A stretch of 64,000 bases of DNA from Candidatus Thioglobus sp. (GTDB lineage Bacteria > Pseudomonadota > Gammaproteobacteria > PS1 > Pseudothioglobaceae). The DNA is taken from contig JAOMEO010000001.1 of the NCBI GenBank assembly GCA_028345955.1, forward strand, positions 48,739 to 112,738, in the 5' to 3' direction. Shown one piece after another: positions 21,540 through 31,611 of the stretch. A program made the position numbers and the translations under genes. A model generated the notes under the pieces. That model saw only the letters and a program-made list of their open reading frames with translations. It was not told the origin of the DNA and searched no databases. Position 1 is the stretch's first letter; each line of letters begins with the position of its first letter.

Positions 21540-22361
21540 TTATTTATTCTGCCATAAGATAGGGAAAAAACTTTCATTCAGCTCATCATTATGATTCATT
21601 TTGTATTTTCTATATATTCTTCCTGTGCCTCCACAATTGGTAGGATGGAATTTAGCGTTATGAGGCACACAATGAGCAACCAAAGCCCTTCGATGATATG
21701 GTGAATGATTTATACCAGAGCCATGCCATGTTAATCCATGATGAAACGAAACTCCACCTGCAGGAATTTTCACCTCGACTATGTCTAAAATTTTATTGTT
21801 TCTTTTTGCATATGTTTTTAATTCTTTTTTATAATCTTCTGGAGCATGAAACGTGCCCGAGGGTGGACATAAATCCCATTTGTGTGACCCAACTACAAAT
21901 TCTAGGGTGCCTGTGTCTTTGGAAGTATCATCTAATGACATCCAGCAGGTAACCATTGTCTGAGGCACAATCCAGTCATCATATGCAGCATCTTGATGGA
22001 ATAATAATGACTTTCCTAGAGGTGGCTTCCATAAAACATTATCCTGTAGTAATCTAGCGCCCTTCCAGCCCATAAGTTTTGAAACACATTCACCAATAAT
22101 CGAGTTGCAAACAATTTTTTTAATAAGATTATCTGATTTCCATGCATTGCAAATCTGACGTGTTACATCATCTGGATCTCTACCGTATTTCCAATTCCAC
22201 TCATCTGGCTCAATACCAGTTTCAAACTCTCCTTGAAATAGAGGCTCTATTCTTTTTCTTAATTTCTCTAGATACTGTAAATCAATAAATTCATCTAGAA
22301 CTAGGAATCCATTTTGTTTGAAATCTTCTAATAAATTGCTGTTAAGAGAGGCATTGATCAT
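21540..22361 (-). CDS. Phytanoyl-CoA dioxygenase (PhyH) family Fe(II)/2OG dioxygenase
   Basis: FKQNGFLV, HQD...TWHGSGIN...RRA facial triad pattern. Confidence 0.88.
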   Translation of the reverse strand: MINASLNSNLLEDFKQNGFLVLDEFIDLQYLEKLRKRIEPLFQGEFETGIEPDEWNWKYGRDPDDVTRQICNAWKSDNLIKKIVCNSIIGECVSKLMGWKGARLLQDNVLWKPPLGKSLLFHQDAAYDDWIVPQTMVTCWMSLDDTSKDTGTLEFVVGSHKWDLCPPSGTFHAPEDYKKELKTYAKRNNKILDIVEVKIPAGGVSFHHGLTWHGSGINHSPYHRRALVAHCVPHNAKFHPTNCGGTGRIYRKYKMNHNDELNESFFPILWQNK

Positions 22362-22401
22362 GTTTTTTTACCCTTGATCTCATATGTTGCAGTTATATAG
22401 C

Positions 22402-23292
22402 TTAAGTTTCATTATTTAATGCGTTAAACAACATTAAGGCAGAAGTATCACTGTATGCATGACCTTTGTCCATCAAACTAACGTAACGTTCATAGACCTC
22501 TTTTGTAAAGCCTAAGTCTGAATTATTGGATTTAGCTTGATCTATACAATAGCCCAAATCTTTAACCATCCATTTAATAGCAAAACCAAAGTCGAATTCT
22601 CGTTGATGCATTGTATGTGCGCGGTTATCCATTTGCCATGATTGAGCAGCACCCCCAGAGATTGCTGAGAGTAAACTTTTCATATCAATATTTTCAGATT
22701 CTGCAAACAACAAACCTTCAGACAAGCCTTGTAATAGTCCTGCAATACAGATTTGGTTTACCATTTTTGCTAACTGACCTGAACCAGACTGTCCCATATA
22801 TGTGATATTTTTCGAATAAGTCCTCATCAACGATTCAGATGACTCTAAAACACTTTGTTCACCTCCCGCCATAACACTTAATACGCCATTGACAGCACCA
22901 GCCTCACCTCCGCTCACAGGTGCATCAATAAATTCAACACTTTTCTCTTGCAAAGATTCATTTAAATGTTTAGCTAATTTAAATGATGTAGTTGTGTGAT
23001 CGATAAAAATAGCCCCTTCTTTGAGGTGGGGATATAATCCATCATCAGAAAAGACTATTTCCATCATATCCTCATCTCTGCCTGTGCAAGTAATAACAAC
23101 ATCAGCATCAGAAACGGCTTGTTCTAGTGAGGTAATAACTTCACCTTCAAATTCTTGATTCCATTTCAACGCTTTTTCAATTGTTCGGTTAAATACCCTT
23201 AAATTGACTAGACTCGATTTCGATAAGTGGCCAGCCATTGGGTAACCCATCGTGCCAAGACCAATAAATGTAACGTTTCTTATTTTGTTCAT
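22402..23292 (-). CDS. NAD(P)-dependent beta-hydroxyacid dehydrogenase (3-hydroxyisobutyrate DH / tartronate semialdehyde reductase family)
   Basis: FIGLGTMGYPMA, DAPVSGG, GQLAKMVNQ. Confidence 0.9.
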   Translation of the reverse strand: MNKIRNVTFIGLGTMGYPMAGHLSKSSLVNLRVFNRTIEKALKWNQEFEGEVITSLEQAVSDADVVITCTGRDEDMMEIVFSDDGLYPHLKEGAIFIDHTTTSFKLAKHLNESLQEKSVEFIDAPVSGGEAGAVNGVLSVMAGGEQSVLESSESLMRTYSKNITYMGQSGSGQLAKMVNQICIAGLLQGLSEGLLFAESENIDMKSLLSAISGGAAQSWQMDNRAHTMHQREFDFGFAIKWMVKDLGYCIDQAKSNNSDLGFTKEVYERYVSLMDKGHAYSDTSALMLFNALNNET

Positions 23293-23499
23293 AAAATTTC
23301 CTTTGGATGTTTGTATTGTTATAAAGACTTTGTGAGATTATACGACGATGTATGTTGCTCTAATAATCAGATACAATATATTTAATAGATAAATTTAGCA
23401 CTAATCCTAAACTAAAAAGTATAGATTGACATTAATTAGGCAATTTTTGTAAAACATTATCATTTTTGACCTAATTTTTCAATTTTTTATCATTTTTTT

Positions 23500-24126
23500 A
23501 TGAAAAAACTCAAATATTGGCAAGAATCTATTGATTATTTAAGTAATACTGATGAAATATTGGGTGAATTGATCAATAAATATAGTCAATCGACTCTCAC
23601 TACGCGGGGTGATGCGCTGGAAACCCTGATGCGTTCAATAGTTGGCCAACAGATATCAGTCAAAGCTGCAGCAAGTGTTTGGCAAAAAATAATTAATTTA
23701 TTAGATGACATTAAGCCTGATAATGTCCTCTTGGCTGGCTTTGAAAATTTAAGATCTTGTGGGCTCTCAAAACAAAAAGCACAATATATTCTTAACATTG
23801 CTGAACATTTTAAATCTCATAATATTACTGATGAATCATATTGGCAAGACCGAAACTACTCAAACGTCTATAAGGAACTTACCAGTATCAAAGGTGTTGG
23901 ACCATGGACAGCAGAAATGTTTGGCATGTTCTATTTACTAGAAAGAGATATCTTTCCACTCAAAGATCTGGGAATCCTGAAGGCAATTAATCAACTCTAC
24001 TGTGTTGATGGGGTCCCTTTAAAAATAGACGAGGTGATTGCTATTTCAGATCGTTGGAAACCCTATCGTACTGTCGCCTGCTGGTATTTGTGGCGCTCTA
24101 TTGATAACGAAGCTGTTCTCTATTAA
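23500..24126 (+). CDS. DNA-3-methyladenine glycosylase II (AlkA-like, HhH-GPD)
   Basis: SIVGQQIS, LTSIKGVGPWTAEMF, FPLKDLG, WKPYRT. Confidence 0.92.
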   Translation: MKKLKYWQESIDYLSNTDEILGELINKYSQSTLTTRGDALETLMRSIVGQQISVKAAASVWQKIINLLDDIKPDNVLLAGFENLRSCGLSKQKAQYILNIAEHFKSHNITDESYWQDRNYSNVYKELTSIKGVGPWTAEMFGMFYLLERDIFPLKDLGILKAINQLYCVDGVPLKIDEVIAISDRWKPYRTVACWYLWRSIDNEAVLY

Positions 24127-24209
24127 GCTTTTATAGTTATACTTTTTGAAGTTCTTGATATGATTAATCTGTTCTGTTAATATGAAGCTTCAAACAACTG
24201 GAGAAATTT

Positions 24210-24401
24210 ATGGCAACTTACGAATGTAGTGAATGTGGTATGGCAGTTAATGCAACTTGTGCTCACTGTGATGCCCCTTTAGTAGATGATATACTTACAC
24301 TAGATGACAGCACTGAAGTCCAAATTTCAAAATGTCCAAATGAGCATGGGAAAATAAAGTCACCATCATGTTGTGGACAAGAAATGACTTGTACTGCTTA
24401 A
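24210..24401 (+). CDS. Small Cys-rich metal-binding protein, desulforedoxin-like termini
   Basis: GGAG RBS; YECSECG...CAHC...CPNEH...CCGQEM; 8 Cys in 63 aa. Confidence 0.75.
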   Translation: MATYECSECGMAVNATCAHCDAPLVDDILTLDDSTEVQISKCPNEHGKIKSPSCCGQEMTCTA

Positions 24402-24426
24402 AAAGATCTACCCGTTTTAAATAAAT

Positions 24427-25497
24427 CTACTCGATTGCTTCGACAATTAGATCACCCATTGCCTCGGTACCAACTATTGTATCTCCTACAGCTGAGATAT
24501 CTTTCGTTCTATAGCCCTGATCAAGAACTAAATTAACTGCAGCATTAATTTTGTCTGCTAGTGGTGCTTGATTGAATGAATATCGCAACATCATTGAAAC
24601 TGAAAGTATTGTCGCTAAAGGGTTAGCAATATCCTTGCCAGCAATATCAGGTGCAGAGCCATGAATAGGCTCATACATACCATAATTGTTTTTGTTTAGT
24701 GAAGCAGATGGAAGCATTCCAATCGATCCAGTAAGCATGGCAGCACAATCTGACAATATATCACCAAAGAGATTACTGGTTACCATAACATCGAACTGTT
24801 TTGGAGCTCTAACGAGCTGCATTGCAGCGTTATCAACGAGCATGTGAGTGAGTTCGACGTCGGGATAATGTTTGGAAACTTCCTCCATAACTTCTCTCCA
24901 AAGCTCACAAACTTCTAACACATTAGCCTTATCCACAGAACATACCCGCTTATCTCTTTTTTGTGCAATTTGGAAAGCTGAATGCCCAATGCGAGCTATT
25001 TCTGACTCGAAATATGTAGCTGAATTAACGCCAAAACGCTCTCCATCTTTGATCTCAATACCTCGCGGTTGACCAAAATAAATACCGCTCACAAGCTCTC
25101 TAACAATCATTAAATCAAGTCCAGAAACAATTTCATTTTTTAGAGTTGAAGCATTCGCCAGTTGCGGGTAGAGAATCGCTGGTCTTAAATTAGAAAACAA
25201 ATCCAGCTCAGCACGTATCCCTAATAAACCTCGCTCTGGCCTCAGCTCTCTTTCCAGTGACTCCCACTGTTGTCCGCCAACAGCCCCCAATAAGATTGAA
25301 TCGCATTCTTTAGCAGAAATTAAAGTTTCCTCAGGCAGAGGCGAACCGGTCTCATCATAGGCGCTGCCACCAATCAATCCATGAACAAGATTCATACCCA
25401 TGTCGTGATTGGCATTTAACGAATCGATTACTTTGATTGCTTGGGCGACTATTTCTTTTCCTACGCCATCACCTGGAAGAATTAATATCTTAGACAT
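24427..25497 (-). CDS. leuB: 3-isopropylmalate dehydrogenase
   Basis: [42 protein letters not shown]. Confidence 0.98.
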   Translation of the reverse strand: MSKILILPGDGVGKEIVAQAIKVIDSLNANHDMGMNLVHGLIGGSAYDETGSPLPEETLISAKECDSILLGAVGGQQWESLERELRPERGLLGIRAELDLFSNLRPAILYPQLANASTLKNEIVSGLDLMIVRELVSGIYFGQPRGIEIKDGERFGVNSATYFESEIARIGHSAFQIAQKRDKRVCSVDKANVLEVCELWREVMEEVSKHYPDVELTHMLVDNAAMQLVRAPKQFDVMVTSNLFGDILSDCAAMLTGSIGMLPSASLNKNNYGMYEPIHGSAPDIAGKDIANPLATILSVSMMLRYSFNQAPLADKINAAVNLVLDQGYRTKDISAVGDTIVGTEAMGDLIVEAIE

Positions 25498-25584
25498 CTA
25501 TTTTTACGAGCTTAATACAAAAATGATTATTTTACTCTGGCAGACACATCAACCCATTTGAATTTGAGTTTAGATTTGTCGTGC

Positions 25585-25749
25585 TTAAATTTCCACCATC
25601 TCAAAGTCTTCTTTACTGGCACCACAGTCAGGACAATACCAATCTTCAGGAATGTCTTCCCAGGCTGTACCTGGCGCAATACCTTCGTCAGGATCACCTA
25701 AAGCTTCATCATAAATATAACCACACATCATGCATTCATATTTTTTCAT
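25585..25749 (-). CDS. Rubredoxin (54 aa)
   Basis: Not in ORF track. [54 protein letters not shown]; start overlaps DUF3501 stop by 1 nt. Confidence 0.97.
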   Translation of the reverse strand: MKKYECMMCGYIYDEALGDPDEGIAPGTAWEDIPEDWYCPDCGASKEDFEMVEI

Positions 25750-26345
25750 TATGCTTCTCCATTCATAAAATCTTGATTAAGCTCGTCTTGGACTCTTTTC
25801 TCTATAATAATTTCGCAATTATAGTTTGGATGAGACACTCCAATTTTGATTTTAGCACCCTTACAAAAATCAACAATCATAGACTGGTCAAACTCAAAAC
25901 GCATAAAGTGCACAGATGAAGTTTTTTCATCAGTTTCTCTTTCTAAATCTTCATTGCAAATAGCGTATACATTTTGGTGATTAGCAACTTGGAAGTATAT
26001 ACTTTTTTCAACTCCAATTAAATTAGACAGAGCTTTTGTACGTTCAACAACGTCCGTATACTCGATCATCATGGTTGCTTTTAAGTTGGATCCATCCGGT
26101 ATAAGAGGATTATAAACATCTAATTCATCTTGTATACCGTCTGCTTCAAAGATTTTTTCAATACGCAGCATTTCTTGAATCTGGTATTGAACAGTTTGGT
26201 GATTTTCAAACAATAAACGTATGTGTTCTCCAAGGTTGACCTCTCTAAGTTTTTTTACGTTCATAACATTTTTACGAATATTTGAACGTTGTTCTGCATA
26301 TTCTTCTAATGAAAATAAGTCTTCCCTTTTTAGTAGGTTTGTCAT
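25749..26345 (-). CDS. DUF3501 family protein
   Basis: [45 protein letters not shown]; expected context downstream of rubrerythrin and Fe-S oxidoreductase. Confidence 0.88.
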   Translation of the reverse strand: MTNLLKREDLFSLEEYAEQRSNIRKNVMNVKKLREVNLGEHIRLLFENHQTVQYQIQEMLRIEKIFEADGIQDELDVYNPLIPDGSNLKATMMIEYTDVVERTKALSNLIGVEKSIYFQVANHQNVYAICNEDLERETDEKTSSVHFMRFEFDQSMIVDFCKGAKIKIGVSHPNYNCEIIIEKRVQDELNQDFMNGEA

Positions 26346-26355
26346 TTCACCTTCC

Positions 26356-27660
26356 TTATAAACAATAAGCCATTTTCACCAAGGTAATGGGATGAATAGC
26401 TTCTATATTTTGGGTGGCAATATGGGCAATATGATTACCTGCCATAACGCAATCACTCACAACTAAATCTGTATTATTAGTTATTTTTTTTGCAACTGGC
26501 TTTCCAATTTTAACTGCATAGGTGTGTGTTTCTTTGCGAACACCATAAGTGCCATCATGTCCGGAACATCGTTCTGCTATATTCACATTTAAGTCAGGAA
26601 TCAAGCCAAGGATTTTTTTAGTATGCGATCCAATATTTTGCACTCTTTGGTGACAAGCCATTTGATAAAGTATGTCTTTATCAATGGCACTGAAATTTGT
26701 GTCTAATTCACCACTACCATTTAAAAATGATAAATATTCAAAAGGATCAAAAAAAGCTTGTGAAATTAACTTAATATCTTCATTATCGCTAATTATCATT
26801 GGTAATTCATTTTTAAACATCAATACACAGGAAGGGATTGGTGCAATTAATTTATAACCATCGCCAACTAACTTTTTAAGTGAACTAATATTTTCATTTG
26901 CATATTTAACGACTGTTTCAAGGTCTCCTAATTCCATCTTTGGCATGCCACAACATTGTGTGTTATTAATAAGTTTTACCTCAACATTATTGTGTCTAAG
27001 AACATCAACCAGATCAATAACAGATTTAGGGTCATTGTATTCACCATAACAAGTTCCAAATATTGCAACCTTGAATTTGCTTTCAGTTTTATCCTCTACA
27101 AAAAGCTTCGTTAGCGTTTTTGAATGATATTTTGGAACTACTGCGTCAACATGAACCCCCATAATATTTTCAGTAACCTTTCTTATAGCTTTATTACTAT
27201 TAGACCAATTCACAATCGATGAAATGACTGGTTTTGATGCAATAGAACCAACTTGTTGTGGCGATGTTAAGACTTTATGTGACCTCTTAGTTTCGCCTTT
27301 TTTAAACTGAATTGCCTTAGCTCTAAGCATAAGATGAGGAAAATCAACATTCCACTCGTGCGGTGGGACGTAAGGGCATTTTGTCATATAACATAAATCA
27401 CATAAGTAGCATTGGTCCACTACTTTTTTGTAGTCTGCTTTATCAACACTTTCAACCTCAAGTGTTTCAGATTCGTCAACTAAATCGAATAATGTTGGAA
27501 AAGATTTGCACAAACTTACACAACGTCTGCACCCATGACAAATATCAAAAACTCTTTCCAGTTCCTGATTTAGAGATTGTTCGTTATAAAAATCCTCATC
27601 TTGCCAATTTAAAGGATGACGAACAGGCGCCTCCAAAGAACCTTCTCGGTATTTGCTCAT
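26356..27660 (-). CDS. Rubrerythrin-associated Fe-S oxidoreductase (GlpC/HdrD-like, CCG domains)
   Basis: CHGCRRCVSLC and CYLCDLCYMTKCP ferredoxin motifs, CCGMP, CSGHDG. Confidence 0.88.
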   Translation of the reverse strand: MSKYREGSLEAPVRHPLNWQDEDFYNEQSLNQELERVFDICHGCRRCVSLCKSFPTLFDLVDESETLEVESVDKADYKKVVDQCYLCDLCYMTKCPYVPPHEWNVDFPHLMLRAKAIQFKKGETKRSHKVLTSPQQVGSIASKPVISSIVNWSNSNKAIRKVTENIMGVHVDAVVPKYHSKTLTKLFVEDKTESKFKVAIFGTCYGEYNDPKSVIDLVDVLRHNNVEVKLINNTQCCGMPKMELGDLETVVKYANENISSLKKLVGDGYKLIAPIPSCVLMFKNELPMIISDNEDIKLISQAFFDPFEYLSFLNGSGELDTNFSAIDKDILYQMACHQRVQNIGSHTKKILGLIPDLNVNIAERCSGHDGTYGVRKETHTYAVKIGKPVAKKITNNTDLVVSDCVMAGNHIAHIATQNIEAIHPITLVKMAYCL

Positions 27661-27673
27661 AATAAATTAATCT

Positions 27674-27708
27674 TTTGTTACCATAAGCTACTAACTCATG
27701 GCAACAAA
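27674..27708 (-). terminator. Long stem-loop between rubrerythrin and Fe-S oxidoreductase (mRNA stabiliser or leaky terminator)
   Basis: Minus-strand RNA UUUGUUGCCAUGAG-UUAGUAG-CUUAUGGUAACAAA; 14-bp stem with two G-U pairs that work only on the transcribed strand. Confidence 0.6.
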
Positions 27709-27712
27709 TTGT

Positions 27713-28132
27713 TTATAGACTGTCTAATGCTTTTTGGTACCGATTAGCATGAGAACGCTCAGCTTTTGCTAGAGTTTCAAACCAGTCTGCAATTTCATCA
27801 AAGCCTTCATCTCTTGCAGTTTTAGCCATACCAGGGTACATGTCAGTATATTCATGAGTTTCACCATGAATTGCACTCGCAAGCATTTCACTTACTTCCT
27901 TCGCAGGCATATCTGTACCTGGATCGCCAACACCGCCATCAATTAAATGCTCCATATGGCCATGTGCATGTCCAGTTTCCCCTTCAGCTGTTGATCTGAA
28001 TAAAGCAGCCATATCGGGCTCACCCAATACATCGCACTGGTTTGCAAAGTATAAATAACGTCTATTCGCTTGTGATTCACCTGCAAATGCATCTTTCAAG
28101 CTCTGTTCAGTTTTGCTTCCACTTAAAGACAT
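27713..28132 (-). CDS. Rubrerythrin (short form, no rubredoxin domain)
   Basis: [43 protein letters not shown]; GGAGG RBS before ATG 28132. Confidence 0.95.
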   Translation of the reverse strand: MSLSGSKTEQSLKDAFAGESQANRRYLYFANQCDVLGEPDMAALFRSTAEGETGHAHGHMEHLIDGGVGDPGTDMPAKEVSEMLASAIHGETHEYTDMYPGMAKTARDEGFDEIADWFETLAKAERSHANRYQKALDSL

Positions 28133-28165
28133 AATGTCCTCCAAATTATTAAATGCTTGAATATC

Positions 28166-28234
28166 ATAACATATATGTTATATATAAATAAATTGAATAT
28201 TATCGTATATAATATTCGAAAAAAACGAATATTA
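28166..28234. promoter_or_regulatory. Putative LysR/OxyR operator array between rubrerythrin and regulator
   Basis: Palindrome ATAACATATATGTTAT (28166-28181); GAATATTA-N7-TAATATTC (28195-28217); TAATATTCG-N7-CGAATATTA (28210-28234). Confidence 0.6.
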
Positions 28235-28235
28235 A

Positions 28236-29093
28236 ATGATACCTACGCTAAAAAATTTACAATATTTAATTGCACTAAAAAAAACTAATCATTTTTCTAA
28301 GGCAGCGAGTGAGTGTTTTGTTAGCCCATCAACATTTAGTGCAGGAATATCAAAACTAGAGCAAGATTTAGAAATTCTACTAGTTGAAAGAGATAACAAA
28401 AATGTTGCATTTACGCCAATTGGCAAGCGCATTGTTAATCAGGCCATGTCTGTAATGACTGAAATGACGACTTTAGTTGAAACGGCAAAATTAGATTTTT
28501 TTGAATCTGAAGTTACTATTGGCGTTATTCCAACAATTTCTACTTATATTCTTCCAAACTTTTTATCAAACCTAGAAAAGAGTTACCCTAAACTAAAAGC
28601 TTCATTTAGAGAAGATACAAGTGATAACTTATTAAAACAACTTGAAAAGGCAACTATTGATTTCGCAATCTTTGCTTTCCCATATGAATTACCAGATTAT
28701 ATTGAAGATTTTCAAGTTTTTCGAGATTCAATTTATTTTATTAAACACAAAAGTAGAAATAAAAAAATAATTGAAGATGGATCTTTGCTGATGCTTGAGC
28801 AGGGTCATTGCTTAAGATCACATATCTTACAAAGTAATGAGATATCAAATAAGCACATCTCTAATTTTTCATGTACAAGCATATCTACGTTAGTGGCAAT
28901 GGTAGATATGAATATTGGTGTCAGCTTTCTACCTAAAATGGCAATTGATTACGGCACACTTGACAATTACCCAAATATTACTCTCGAAAAAAATTCTATG
29001 AAAGCAAATCGCGATATTGGTGTCATTTATCGGAAAAATAACCCACAAAATGAAAATATCAAGAAGCTAGCTCAATTATTGGTGAAGATTTAA
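28236..29093 (+). CDS. oxyR: OxyR-like LysR-family peroxide-responsive regulator
   Basis: LysR HTH HFSKAASECFVSPSTFSAGISKLE, GVIPTI, LEQGHCLR; divergent from rubrerythrin. Confidence 0.8.
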   Translation: MIPTLKNLQYLIALKKTNHFSKAASECFVSPSTFSAGISKLEQDLEILLVERDNKNVAFTPIGKRIVNQAMSVMTEMTTLVETAKLDFFESEVTIGVIPTISTYILPNFLSNLEKSYPKLKASFREDTSDNLLKQLEKATIDFAIFAFPYELPDYIEDFQVFRDSIYFIKHKSRNKKIIEDGSLLMLEQGHCLRSHILQSNEISNKHISNFSCTSISTLVAMVDMNIGVSFLPKMAIDYGTLDNYPNITLEKNSMKANRDIGVIYRKNNPQNENIKKLAQLLVKI

Positions 29094-29140
29094 TATGCTG
29101 CCAAAAGAATCTTTAAATACACAATATATAGGAGGAAACA

Positions 29141-29329
29141 ATGGAAATATCTCAAATAGAAACAAACTTGACAGATGCTCAAGTTGAGTTAATTGAGCAT
29201 CAAGTAAAAACCGAGAAGTTTAAAAACAATGTTCAAGAAATATTTATAGATGTTTTTAATCAAGACGAATTTACCCAAAAGGTAGATTCTATTTTTAATG
29301 AAATATTTCAAGGAAGTAGAAATGGCTGA
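29141..29329 (+). CDS. Small acidic hypothetical protein (62 aa)
   Basis: Strong AGGAGG RBS, fills gap between oxyR and cysS; no family recognised. Confidence 0.65.
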   Translation: MEISQIETNLTDAQVELIEHQVKTEKFKNNVQEIFIDVFNQDEFTQKVDSIFNEIFQGSRNG

Positions 29330-29369
29330 TGTGCCTATCTTATTTATCAAACCTGTATAAAATATCGCT

Positions 29370-30758
29370 ATGCTCAAAATATACAACACCTTAACGAGCC
29401 AAAAAGAGGTATTTAAACCAATTAATCCTAGCAGTGTCGGGATTTATGTCTGCGGTATGACAGTTTATGACTTTTGCCATATGGGACATGCGAGGGTATT
29501 GGTTATATTTGATCTGATGACGCGACATATGCGACGTACTTTTCCTGAAGTTAAGTTTGTAAGAAATATCACCGACATAGATGACAAGATAATTAATCGT
29601 GCCATTGAAAATCAAGAAGACATTTACTCCTTAACAAATCGTTTTATTGAAGCAATGCATGAAGACGAGATAGCACTGAACATCCTCAAGCCTGATCTTG
29701 AACCTCGTGCCACTGACTCAATTGACCAAATGTATTCTATGATTGAGTCATTAATAGAAAAAGGTTTCGCTTACCAAGGGAAAAACGGCGATGTCTATTA
29801 TTCGGTTAGAAGTTTCAAGAATTATGGAAAACTTTCAGGAAAAAACCTTGACGACCTTGAGGCTGGAGCCCGTGTCGACATAGAAAGTGACAAGCGAGAT
29901 CCGCTAGATTTTGTATTATGGAAAATGGCAAAACCAAATGAACCAAAATGGCCGTCACCATGGGGAGACGGAAGACCTGGATGGCATATAGAGTGCTCTG
30001 CAATGTCAACCCATCATCTTGGTAATCATTTTGATATTCACGGTGGTGGTATGGATTTGACATTCCCTCACCATGAAAATGAAATTGCACAATCCGAAGG
30101 CGCTAATAATTGTTCATTTGTAAATACATGGATGCATGTAGGATTTGTAAATATAAATGATGAAAAAATGAGCAAATCACTTAATAATTTCTTTACCATT
30201 CGCGACGTCTTGGAGAAATATGATGGAGAAACTCTTCGTTATTTTCTTATCAGTAGTCATTATCGTTCTCCTTTGAACTTTAGCGATGAGAATCTTACAA
30301 GTGCAGAGTCTGCTTTGACACGTCTCTATACAGCAATTAGAGGGCTCTCAGCAAGTACGAAAGCAATGAATCAAGTCAGCATACATTTTGACTATGAAAA
30401 ACGTTTTAACGCAGCACTCGATGATGACTTTAATACCCCGATTGCGCTTAGTATATTATTTGAACTTGCCAAGCATGCTAATACTGAACGTGAAAATGAT
30501 AAAGATCAAGCGGGAGCTTTGTCTGAGCTATTAAAAAAATTGGGCAACCATATTGGCATAATGGAACATGATGCAGACGATTATCTCAAAAGAGGAATAG
30601 AACTGTCAGACGCAAAAATTGATGAAAAAATTCGCCAAAGAGAATCTGCAAGAGCTTCAAAAGACTTCGCAATGTCAGACCAAATACGTGATGAACTTTT
30701 AGCACTAGGTATTATCCTTGAAGACAGTATAAATGGTACCACTTGGCGAAGAAAATAA
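29370..30758 (+). CDS. cysS: Cysteine-tRNA ligase
   Basis: YVCGMTVYD, HMGH, PGWHIECSAM, FPHHENE, KMSKS. Confidence 0.99.
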   Translation: MLKIYNTLTSQKEVFKPINPSSVGIYVCGMTVYDFCHMGHARVLVIFDLMTRHMRRTFPEVKFVRNITDIDDKIINRAIENQEDIYSLTNRFIEAMHEDEIALNILKPDLEPRATDSIDQMYSMIESLIEKGFAYQGKNGDVYYSVRSFKNYGKLSGKNLDDLEAGARVDIESDKRDPLDFVLWKMAKPNEPKWPSPWGDGRPGWHIECSAMSTHHLGNHFDIHGGGMDLTFPHHENEIAQSEGANNCSFVNTWMHVGFVNINDEKMSKSLNNFFTIRDVLEKYDGETLRYFLISSHYRSPLNFSDENLTSAESALTRLYTAIRGLSASTKAMNQVSIHFDYEKRFNAALDDDFNTPIALSILFELAKHANTERENDKDQAGALSELLKKLGNHIGIMEHDADDYLKRGIELSDAKIDEKIRQRESARASKDFAMSDQIRDELLALGIILEDSINGTTWRRK

Positions 30759-31425
30759 GCCAACCCCTTTCGCTGATTGGACTCAAATAGATTCAATTTT
30801 GCTTGACCTGGATGGCACACTTCTAGATTTAAATTTCGATCTACATTTTTGGTTAGAATATCTACCCCAAGTATATTCAGAAAAAAACAATATTAGTCAT
30901 CAACAAGCTCAAGATATTTTGCTGCTAATGTTAAATGCTGAAAAGGGCAAACTAAATTGGTATTGCATCGATTTTTGGCAGGAAAAATTAGAACTAGATA
31001 TTATGGAGCTAAAAAATAATATCTCGCATCTTATTCAAGTACATCCAAATGTAAAAAGATTTTTGACACTAGCTAGAAAGCATAACAAGAAAATCTATTT
31101 AATAACCAATGCGCATCGAAAAACCATCGAACTAAAAATGTCTGTCACTCAACTTCAGGATTATTTCGATGTTATAGTTTCCTCACACGATTTTGGCGTT
31201 GCCAAACAACAGCAAGCTTTTTGGCATAAATTAAGCGAAGTAATTCATTTAGATAAAAACAGAGCCATTTTTTTTGATGACTCACCTGATGTTCTCCAAT
31301 CCGCTTTTAAGTTTAACATTAAACACATAGTTGCTATAAGCAAGCCCAGCTCTAAAATAAAGACAGCAATTGTTCCTGGGTTTTTCAATATTGAAAATTT
31401 TTCCCAAGCACTACCATTTATCTAG
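30733..31425 (+). CDS. yrfG: GMP/IMP nucleotidase (HAD)
   Basis: LLDLDGTLLDLNFD, LNWYCIDFW, TNAH, SSHDFG, FFDD. Confidence 0.88.
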   Translation: MVPLGEENKPTPFADWTQIDSILLDLDGTLLDLNFDLHFWLEYLPQVYSEKNNISHQQAQDILLLMLNAEKGKLNWYCIDFWQEKLELDIMELKNNISHLIQVHPNVKRFLTLARKHNKKIYLITNAHRKTIELKMSVTQLQDYFDVIVSSHDFGVAKQQQAFWHKLSEVIHLDKNRAIFFDDSPDVLQSAFKFNIKHIVAISKPSSKIKTAIVPGFFNIENFSQALPFI

Positions 31426-31500
31426 AGCTCAAAAAGCAATAGAACTATCAAAATAATTAAGCCATAATATAGAATAATTGAAAGCTAATTTCTAGATAAC

Positions 31501-31509
31501 TGGTATAAT
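31501..31509 (+). promoter_or_regulatory. Extended -10 promoter for pfp-adk
   Basis: TGGTATAAT about 100 nt upstream of the ATG. Confidence 0.5.
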
Positions 31510-31611
31510 TATCCTGAGCCAAAAGACAGCTTGGTGTATTTTATGTATTACCCAGAATCGCAAGTCATTGTTACTCAATAAAGTTCAAATTTAAATCAAA
31601 AAAGAGGAAAC

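Noticed and set aside
25581-25919. 112-aa plus-strand ORF
   Set aside because: Antisense shadow of the rubredoxin and DUF3501 genes.
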